Positions 1-8,538 of a DNA stretch of 64,000 bases are shown here, one piece after another. Origin of the DNA: Blastocatellia bacterium (GTDB lineage Bacteria > Acidobacteriota > Blastocatellia > HR10 > J050); NCBI GenBank assembly GCA_026985075.1, contig JALSQX010000005.1, positions 21,417 through 85,416 of the forward strand. The letters are read 5' to 3'. Within the stretch, counting starts at the first letter, position 1, and every line of letters begins with the position of its first letter. Made by a program: the position numbers and the translations under genes. The notes beneath the pieces are model-generated. The model was not told where the DNA came from. It did no database searches and saw only the letters and a list, made by a program, of their open reading frames with translations.

Positions 1-1
1 A

Positions 2-2461
2 GTGGTCAATCCAGGCATGCACACGGATGACATTCTCCGCCGATTCGGCCAGGGGCGACAGATCCTGGCCAGCCTCGATCATCCAAATATCGCCCGGTTG
101 CTCGATGGAGGGGCCACCGAAGACGGACGACCTTATTTCGTCATGGAATACATCGAGGGAGAACCGATCACGCAATACTGTGACCAGCAGCGACTTTCCA
201 TCAGAGAACGATTGCGATTATTCCAGCAGGTATGCGCTGCCGTTCAGTATGCTCATCAGAATCTCATTGTGCATCGGGATTTGAAGCCCAGCAATATTCT
301 GGTCACCACTGAGGGCGCGCCCAAACTTCTGGATTTCGGCATCGCCAAGATCCTCAATCCCCAACTCACCGAATGCTCCTCGATGACCATGACGCTGGGA
401 GTACGACCGATGACGCCCGAGTATGCCAGTCCGGAGCAAGTGCGCGATGGGCCTGTCACCACGGCGAGCGATGTGTATTCGCTCGGCGTCCTCCTCTACG
501 AACTGTTGACCGGGCACCGCCCCTATCGCCTGACCAGCCATCAGCCGGAAGAGATGTGCCGCATTATCACCGAGACCGAACTGGAGAAACCGAGCACCGC
601 CATCGGCCGACGCGATGAGCAGCGCCCGGCAGACGCTCACCTCCCCTCCCAACCCACCGCAGACCAGAGGCCGCCGGCGAACGGGCCGCTCGCCATCGAG
701 GTCATCAGCCGCCAGCGCGATACCACGCCGCAGCGACTCAAGCAACAGTTGAAGGGGGATTTGGACAACATCGTGCTGATGGCGCTCAGGAAGGAGCCGA
801 CCCGGCGGTATGCCTCGGTGGAACAGTTCGCTCAGGACATCAAGCGATACCTGGATGGACGCCCCGTCTTAGCGCGCGAAGATACGCTCACCTATCGCAC
901 CGGGAAGTTCATATGACGGCATATGGTCGGCGTGATGGCAGCTCTGTTCGTGGTCCTCTCGCTGGTGGGTGGTCTGGCCGTCGCCATTTGGCAGGCACAG
1001 GTGGCCGAAGCCGAACGAGCTCGAGCCGAACGGCGATTCAATGATGTGCGCCAGTTGGCCGATTTCCTCCTGTTCGAATTGTATGATGCCGTTGGCAGCC
1101 TCCCCGGGTCAACGCCCGTGCGGCAGCGGCTGGTCGAGCGAGCGCTGGAATATCTGGACAGCCTGAGCAAAGAGGCGGAAGGTGATCTCGCTCTCCAGGA
1201 AGACCTGGCCATGGCCTACGAACGGGTGGGCGACATCCAGGGGAATCCCAACTTGTCGAACCTGGGTGATATGACCGCGGCGCTCCAGAGCTATCGTCGG
1301 GCGCTGAACATTCGCCTGGCCTTGCTATCGGCTGACCCCACCAACGTGGAATGGCAACGCCATACCGCTCGAACTCTCCAGCGCATAGGCGATATCCTGT
1401 GGTGGAGTGGCGATACGCCGGGAGCCTTGGAGAGCTACCAACGCGCGCTTGACATTCATCAGGACCTGCGGAGCCAAGATCCAACCGATGAAACCACTCG
1501 CCGCGATCTGGCCGTGAGCCACGTCAACATCGGCGATGTGCTGGCCTGGAACGTCAAGACGGATGAAGCACTCGACCACTACCATCGAGCGCTCGCCACC
1601 CTGGAGGCGTTGTCGGTTCTTCATCCCGCCGATCCCCATATTCGCCGTAACCTGGCCAACTGTTACACGCGAATCGGAGATGCCCTGGGATGGGCGGGGG
1701 ATGGCGCCCAGGCGGTGACCAACATCCAACGGGCGATCGGCATTCTGGAAACCTTGTTGGCGGAGACTCCCACCGATACGAAGACCAGCCGCGCCCTGTG
1801 GCTTGGCTACGTGAAATTAGGCGAAAATTCGGATCCCCGCCGGGCGCTAGAGTATTTTCACAAGGCCTTATCTCTCGCCGAACGTCTCTCGGCCGCCGAT
1901 CCTCTCAATGCTCGGGCTCGCCGCGATTTGGCCCTCAGCTACGCTAAAATTGGAGACACGCTGGTCGAAACGGGGGATGCCTCTGCTGCGTTGAAGATGT
2001 ATCGCCAGGCGTTAGCCATCCAACGAGCCTTGTCGCAAGAAGACCTCAAGAACGCGGAAATGCGTCGGGACCTGGCCAATACGTTCACGCGAATTGGCGA
2101 TAGTCTCACCGTGATGGGTGACCTGTCCGGGGCGTGGGAGAACCACCGCCAAGCCCTCACCATTCGAGAGGCCCTGTTAGAGCAAGACCCGGCCAATGAA
2201 GCGATCCGTCGCGACGTAGCCATCTCCTGCATCAATCTGGGCGACATCGCCTCGACGCTGGCAGCACAGTCGACATCGTCTCCCCGGCAACAGATTGCAT
2301 ACTGGCGGCGAGCGCGCACCTGGTCTCAACGGAGCCTGACCATCTGGCGCGACCTCCGTCAACGCGGGGTATTAAAGGGAGCCGACGTTGAAATGTTGGA
2401 CCACCTGGCCAGCCGAGTCGCTCAATGCACCGCGGCCATTGAGCGACTCACCGGCCGGTGA
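2..2461 (+). pseudogene. Ser/Thr protein kinase (Hanks type) - TM - TPR-like repeats, 5' truncated by window edge, split by in-frame TGA at 914-916
   Basis: Kinase motifs HPNI, HRDLKPSN, DFGIAK, YASPE, DVYSLG in 2..916; ORF 923..2461 is in the same frame and begins with a TM helix followed by helical repeats; the junction reads YRTGKFI*RHMVGV, matching the usual YRxxKFvRRH linker. Confidence 0.85.
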
Positions 2462-2468
2462 GTCGCCC

Positions 2469-4015
2469 TCATCGCCCCGCCTCACCATCCCGATCGATCG
2501 CCCGCGCCATCTCCCTCACCCAGTCGACGATCCAGGCAAAGGGCCAGGACGAGCGTTCATCGACCGTCCACCGGGACATGGATGACCCGTCATCGGCGGT
2601 GCCAGCATTGATGGCGGCTTCGTCGGCAAACCCCGCAGTTTCATCCTGGGCTTCGTTCAACCCCAATCCTCCACGACCCCAGGCTGGCTGAGCGCTTCGG
2701 CCATCATTGGTCAGTTGGATGAACTCCTGGCCATCAACTCGGAGAGCGTATATATCACTGCGTTCCACAACCGGCGCGATCAGGTTGGTGATGATCTGGA
2801 CGTCAAAGGCGAGGTATTGCCCGTCGGGCGACCAGCTCGGACTGGTGACAAACTGCGTGGTTCTGGCCGAGGTGAGCTGGTGCAGTCCCGTGCCATCGGC
2901 ATTGATCACAAAGAGATCAGACCAACCAAAGGTAGTGAGAGAGTGGTTTGAATGAAGGCGATCTGCCGCCCGTCCGGACGCCAACGACACTGGGTGATCA
3001 GTCGGATGAACTGGAATGAGTCGAGGGGCACTTGATAGATGGCCCGTGCGCTGCTCCCATCAGGGTTCATCGACACGAGGAACGCCTGACCGGCGCCTGG
3101 CCCCAGAGCAGCACAAGCGATGCAGTCTTGAACCGGAGACCAGTCGGCCCCACTCAGGTCGAAGATCTCGGCCCCCGGTATGGTCATCGGCTGGAGCTCT
3201 CCTCCGCTCCACAGAGCGAGATGATTCCCGCCGGTTGGTCGCCATTCGGGAAGCCCCGTATTGGGATTGGGTTGTCGGATCATGGAACGAACGTGGTTGG
3301 TGAGGACGAGTCGCCTGCCATCTGGCGACCACGAGGGTTAAATCGATTTCGAGAACGTCGGCTGTAAGGTAATGGTTCCGGCATTGATCGTCTGCCCCGG
3401 TCGGACCGTTATCCTGGCGAATCCCATCGAGAGACCCGGTCCGCCCAAGGAATCATTCACGGTCGCTTGGGCGCGCACCCAGATGGCGTCGCGAGGGACA
3501 TTATTGAGCACAAACCGGCCATCGGCATCACAACTCGCCGTCTGTGCCGCACCCTGGGCGCTGACGATGCATCCGGAGAGGGTGCCATTCTGACCAGGGA
3601 CCACGCGCCCGGTGACTGTCCCTGTAGGGCCGGGGAGTTGACCGAGGACGCCGAATCCAGTGAGCTGTCGCAGATTCGTGCCATCGAACCGGATGGCATA
3701 GAGACTCATCTCTTCGAGGCTGCGCAGTCCATTGTTGAAGTCTCCACTGAAGGCCAACTGACGGTAGTCTTTCGACCATACCGGGTCTTGAAGCCGGAGT
3801 GAAAACGCAAAGTTCGTGAGGCGCCTTCGCTCGGCTGGGTTCTGGACATCCATCAGCCAGAGATTGAAAAGCTTTCGCGCCGGATCGCGGGATCCCGAAT
3901 CCTCATGCACAAAGGCCATGAGGCCCGGTGGGAGGCCCGGTCGCTGGGCGATCGAATCCCGGCCAATGGCCAGGACCATGATGGCAAGGAGCATTCCTGT
4001 GATCCACCGTTTCAT
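2469..4015 (-). pseudogene. Secreted TolB-like (PD40 repeat) beta-propeller protein with carboxypeptidase-regulatory-like domain; in-frame TAA at 3338-3340 and a frameshift near 2935-2945
   Basis: Signal peptide at 4015; WSKD/WSPDG/WRPDG repeats across three ORFs; SKSI*PSWSPDGRRL continues in frame into 2906..3283; frame change in ACTCTCTCACT joins QIAFIQTT to TTFGWSDLFVINADG. Confidence 0.8.
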
Positions 4016-4085
4016 TGCTCATCTCCTCCCTTGGGGGAAGGCACAGCGGTTTGACCATGTGCCTCCCCCGGCAGATTGGGTACAG

Positions 4086-5045
4086 CTATTTGAACGGAGG
4101 GCATGTACCCCCCTGCTCCACCTTGACGGTGAACGGCCCAGTCGCCTGCACTTCGTTGGCAACGACCACGAAGAAAGCCGGACCAGCGGGGAAATTGAGC
4201 GTATTGGGACTCGTGCTCACATTACTGAGTTGCTCGGTGTTGGGATCCAGTGCCCCAATGAGCGGGGTGAACGCCGACGAGGTGGCGGTGATACGAACCG
4301 ATCCCCCTGGCGACTGGAACTGGAACACTTTAGCGAAGTGGACGCCGCCCTGCTGATCTTGAACCTGAGGATCATTGGACGTCAGCTCACAGGCCAGCTC
4401 CTGGTTCATCTGGATTTGAACGGGCGCGTCCAGCGTCCCACCCGTGCAACCGCCTCCAGATGCGCCACACGCCTGGCACTCGAGCATGACCGTATAGGGT
4501 CCGGCGCTCTGGGGTGAATCGCCGTTGATGACGAGCGCATACTCTCCCGGCGTGGACAGTACGCCGGTATATGTGACGGGCATGTTGGGCGCTCCAGCGG
4601 ATATCGCTTGGAGAAAGACGAATGGTCCCCGCTGCGCATCGAAGAAAAATAATGCCGATTGTACGGGGAAGCTCGACGATTGGGCCGTGATGATGAACGG
4701 CTGATTCGGTTGCATGGTCGTGAATGAATAGGCGTCGAAGTGAGTTCCGTCCGAAAAGGTTTGATCCGTTTGATCGATCGATCCTTTCTTCGTCTCTCCG
4801 CAACTAATGGGAGGAAATTGCTGTTGGGCAGCGATTTGACTCATCAATGTTCCCGATGAGGTCAGGACATGCCACTTCGAGCGGTTCTGAGCGGCATGTG
4901 ATGGCCCGGTCGCCGATGATCCCATCATCATCAGTGGCCAGACGATGATGAGGGCCAGGAACTTTCTGCTTCTAAGCCCCCGGCTCGACCGTCGTGGCGC
5001 GGTGCCGGCCTGGCCTCGCACCTCTGAGCTCTTTGCTCTCGTCAT
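4086..5045 (-). CDS. Secreted protein with two PPC-like (pre-peptidase C-terminal) beta-sandwich modules
   Basis: Basic N-region plus hydrophobic stretch; two similar modules (DGTHFDAYSF...GEYALV...GPYTV and GGVHFAKVFQF...GPFTV) flanked by Cys. Confidence 0.55.
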   Translation of the reverse strand: MTRAKSSEVRGQAGTAPRRSSRGLRSRKFLALIIVWPLMMMGSSATGPSHAAQNRSKWHVLTSSGTLMSQIAAQQQFPPISCGETKKGSIDQTDQTFSDGTHFDAYSFTTMQPNQPFIITAQSSSFPVQSALFFFDAQRGPFVFLQAISAGAPNMPVTYTGVLSTPGEYALVINGDSPQSAGPYTVMLECQACGASGGGCTGGTLDAPVQIQMNQELACELTSNDPQVQDQQGGVHFAKVFQFQSPGGSVRITATSSAFTPLIGALDPNTEQLSNVSTSPNTLNFPAGPAFFVVVANEVQATGPFTVKVEQGGTCPPFK

Positions 5046-5497
5046 GACGAGTACCTCCTATCGTGGAGTTCGAGGATCGGCCAATTGACCGTCCTCATCT
5101 CATAACGCGCAAATCGGTCTGGGAATGGCTCATCATCGCAGAACATCAGAATGACGCTTCAATGCCCATGAGCCATGGGGCGCCGTTAGTAGTGCAGTGT
5201 TATATCTCGACCGCACCACTCGCTTTTTCGGGTCCGAGCTTGGGAAATACACCACGCTGGCTTCCCCATCGACGAGGCAGGAGGGTGGTCTCCCGTGAGT
5301 GAGTCGTTGTGGGGTATCCGGGAGAGCCGGAGGATGACTCCTTTGCTGGCTCGTCAGTGACGGTGAGTGGTTCTTTCCGGGACGCTGAACTGATGTCTCC
5401 GACCCTCGAGCAATTGGGAGGGACTCCAGGTCGGTGTGCTGATGTATGAGCTCCAGAGGGGAAATGCTCGTCGGTATCCGGTGGGGGCGTACTCCGC

Positions 5498-5929
5498 TCA
5501 AATATCCAGAATCACCATGGCCCGCCACCCATCCGCGGTGCGTTCCACCTGAAAGCGATGCAGCGTGACGGCTTTCACATCGACGAGAAGCTCGTGTTTC
5601 TGAGGGTCGAGTTCTTCTCCAGAGGCTTCGGCGGCGAGCAGGGCGTGATCATCTCGTCGGTCAATGTGGACCCGGGATACGCGCAACAGGAGCCGTTCGG
5701 CATCTTTGTAGTAAATGAGCTCCTGGAGGAACTCAAACAGGAGCATATCAATGGCATCGGCTTCGGCTCGGATCGTTCGGTGCTCACGGGGGATGATGGT
5801 CGTCAGATCTTCCACCATCACGTTCATCGTCGCGTCGGCGGCGGCGATGAAGAGTTCCTCGAGCGTTTGGCCCCAGGCTTCGAAGGCGACGTCAGCAGTG
5901 GCGATGTCATCCAGGTATCGGTAGGGCAT
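5498..5929 (-). CDS. Archease
   Basis: MPYRYLDDIATADVAFEAWG-TLEELF, LLFEFLQELIY, VKAVTLH and C-terminal ILDI are archease motifs; ATG 5929 preferred over the track start at 5977. Confidence 0.93.
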   Translation of the reverse strand: MPYRYLDDIATADVAFEAWGQTLEELFIAAADATMNVMVEDLTTIIPREHRTIRAEADAIDMLLFEFLQELIYYKDAERLLLRVSRVHIDRRDDHALLAAEASGEELDPQKHELLVDVKAVTLHRFQVERTADGWRAMVILDI

Positions 5930-5993
5930 CGAGATTCTCCCTCCACATCGGGCGAACGTGATCAGCGAGATACTCATTTCGGCTATCGGCCGA

Positions 5994-6875
5994 TCACCGC
6001 TCGCACGCGCGCAGTCGATTCACAATAGTCTCTCGGTCGTCGCTCGCGCCTTGGCCGATGAAGACCAGTTCGGTCTTTTGCGCAGCGAATTCTTCCAACT
6101 CCCATCGTCCCGTCACATAGTTGAACAGATAGCTTCCTTCGGGAAATCGAACGAATCCCTTGGCTCGATAAATGGCCGTCGGGAGTTCGGCAATGGCGTC
6201 TTCGAACTTGTCCCGATCCAAGAGCTTCTCGCTGGTGAAGGTGAAAGATTGCATGTTGACAGCAGTCTGACGAGAAGAAGGCTTGGGGCGTCCGCCAATG
6301 TCCAGACCGAGGAGTACATCGACATCGACATCGCATCGCACTGTCTTGAAGATGAGAGCCCTTTCGTTGAACGCGCGGACTTGAGCTTCGACGTCTTTCA
6401 CCTGTTCCGCGGTGATGAGATCGATCTTGTTGATGAGGATGACATCGGCCGCCTCCAGTTGCGTTCGAGCGGTGTAGCCGACGGCAGGGTATTTTATACT
6501 GGCATAAGCGTCGACGATACAGATGACGCTATCGAGGCGAACCTGGGGAAGATTATCTTCGACTTCGTACACCAGAGCATCGGCCTCGGCGACGCCAGTA
6601 GCCTCAACGACGATGAACTCCGGGTGCACGGTATCAATGATCTCCGCCACCGCTGCTTCGAATTCTCCGGTGAGCGAGCAGCAGACGCAACCGCCAGCGA
6701 GTTCGACGATCTGGACATTTTCGCCCTGAATGATTTGGCTATCGATAGCGATTTCTCCAAATTCGTTCATGAGCACGGCCAATCGCCGATCGGTCGTTTC
6801 CAATATACGGCGGAGCAACGTCGTCTTACCGCTGCCCAGTGATCCGGTGATGAGAGCAATGGGTGTTTTCATCAT
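5994..6875 (-). CDS. COG0523 / CobW-P47K family G3E GTPase (putative metallochaperone)
   Basis: ITGSLGSGKTT, NEFGE, GGCVCCS (CxCC), EATGVA, NKID, C-terminal YRAKG and LVFIG; start may be as far up as 6911. Confidence 0.93.
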   Translation of the reverse strand: MMKTPIALITGSLGSGKTTLLRRILETTDRRLAVLMNEFGEIAIDSQIIQGENVQIVELAGGCVCCSLTGEFEAAVAEIIDTVHPEFIVVEATGVAEADALVYEVEDNLPQVRLDSVICIVDAYASIKYPAVGYTARTQLEAADVILINKIDLITAEQVKDVEAQVRAFNERALIFKTVRCDVDVDVLLGLDIGGRPKPSSRQTAVNMQSFTFTSEKLLDRDKFEDAIAELPTAIYRAKGFVRFPEGSYLFNYVTGRWELEEFAAQKTELVFIGQGASDDRETIVNRLRACER

Positions 6876-6943
6876 TGATGGTCGATTATTGGTCATGGTG
6901 AGAGGAGCCATGAGTCGATGGTACAGGCTTTGATGCGCATCGG

Positions 6944-8401
6944 TTATCCTTTGATGTTCCCGATAGGGACGAAGCGAACAACCCGTTTACTGATTCCCGC
7001 CAGCTCGGTCGCTTCAATCACGTCATCGATATTCTTGTAGGCCGGACCAGCTTCTTCGGCGAGTCCGGAGTAGGAGACGCTCCGTACGTAAATGCCGCGC
7101 GCCTCCATCTCCTTCTGGAGCTTCTTGCCCTGGAATTGCTTCCGCGCCTTCCGGCGACTCATGGTCCGACCGCTCCCATGGGCCGTGGTATAGAACGTTT
7201 GATCGCCGCTGGGAATGCCAGCGAGGAGATAAGACCCCGTCTCCATACTGCCGCCAATGATGACCGGTTGGCCGGTTTCTCGATAAATGTCGGGAAGTCC
7301 TTCCATGCCCGGACCAAAGGCGCGCGTCGCTCCTTTCCGATGGACGAGGACATCGCGCACCTCGCCGTCAACGACGTGTTTCTCCAGTTTGGCCGTATTG
7401 TGGGCGACATCGTATACCTGATGTAAACCGAGATCGGCCGGATCCTTATGAAAGACGTCAGAGAACACCTCGCGGATGCGATGAAGGATGACTTGCCGGT
7501 TGGCGAACGACATATTGATGCCGCATTTCATGGCCGCAAAATAATCCTGACCCTCGGGCGAGTGGAAGGGCGCACAGGCGAGTTCTCGATCCAGAATCTT
7601 GATCCCGTATTTGGTCTCCATCACTTTGAGAAAGATCTGCAGGTAGTCGGTGGCGACCTGGTGGCCGAAACCACGGCTGCCACAGTGGAACATGATCACC
7701 ACCTGATTGGGGAGCGTGATGCCGAACGCTTCGGCCAGCCGCCGGTCGAACACGTTCTCCGGCTTGGCCACTTGAATTTCCAGGTAGTGATTTCCCGAAC
7801 CCAAGGTACCAATCTGCTTGTAACCGCGTTCCACAGCTTTTTGGCTGATCTTAGAGGCGTCAGCGCCGGCGATACAGCCTCCTTCTTCCGTACGTTCGAG
7901 ATCTTCGGGCCATCCGTACCCGTTCTTGATGCACCAGCGAGCCCCTTGCTCCACCACTTGGCGGAACTCATCGTGGGAAATTCTCACAAACCCGGTGCTT
8001 CCTACGCCGGCCGGGACGCGCTGGAAGAGTTTGTCGACCAGCTCTCGCAGATGTGGTTTCACCTCTTCATACGTCAGATTGGTGAGCACGAGCCGCATGC
8101 CGCAATTGATGTCAAAGCCGATACCGCCCGGGGAGATGACGCCCGTCCGCGCATCCATGGCCGCCACGCCGCCGATAGGGAATCCATACCCCCAGTGACC
8201 ATCAGGCATACAGTAAGCGTACTTGAGAATACCCGGCAACGTAGCGACATTGGTCACTTGGTCGAAGACGCCTTCGTCCATTTCCCGGAGGAGCTTTTCC
8301 GTGGCGTAGATGCGTGCCGGAACGCGCATCCCGGGCTTATGTGTGGGGGGGATCTCCCAAACGGTATCCGAAATCTTCCTGATATCTTCAGGTATCGCCA
8401 T
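6944..8401 (-). CDS. rtcB: RNA 2',3'-cyclic phosphate ligase RtcB (archaeal/eukaryote-like long form)
   Basis: MPDGHWGYGFPIGGV, GFDINCG, GTLGSGNHYLE, HCGSRG, HRKGATRA, HGSGR, EEAGPAYK, terminal KG; ATG 8401 preceded by GGAGG. Confidence 0.96.
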   Translation of the reverse strand: MAIPEDIRKISDTVWEIPPTHKPGMRVPARIYATEKLLREMDEGVFDQVTNVATLPGILKYAYCMPDGHWGYGFPIGGVAAMDARTGVISPGGIGFDINCGMRLVLTNLTYEEVKPHLRELVDKLFQRVPAGVGSTGFVRISHDEFRQVVEQGARWCIKNGYGWPEDLERTEEGGCIAGADASKISQKAVERGYKQIGTLGSGNHYLEIQVAKPENVFDRRLAEAFGITLPNQVVIMFHCGSRGFGHQVATDYLQIFLKVMETKYGIKILDRELACAPFHSPEGQDYFAAMKCGINMSFANRQVILHRIREVFSDVFHKDPADLGLHQVYDVAHNTAKLEKHVVDGEVRDVLVHRKGATRAFGPGMEGLPDIYRETGQPVIIGGSMETGSYLLAGIPSGDQTFYTTAHGSGRTMSRRKARKQFQGKKLQKEMEARGIYVRSVSYSGLAEEAGPAYKNIDDVIEATELAGISKRVVRFVPIGNIKG

Positions 8402-8538
8402 GGCTCGGTCACCTCCTCTCTCCAGCCGGGCATGGGCCTCCCCACGTCCGTCGGCTGGAGGGCATTCCTTGGTCAAACTGACGCGTGATTAGAATAAAAT
8501 ATAATCGCCAGTTGCCGTTCCGTCCAGCAGAAGTGGTG

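Noticed and set aside
914..916. Selenocysteine or genetic-code reassignment as the reason for the in-frame TGA
   Set aside because: The position corresponds to Arg in a basic linker, not a catalytic Cys; TGA ends many other genes normally; the neighbouring lesion is TAA
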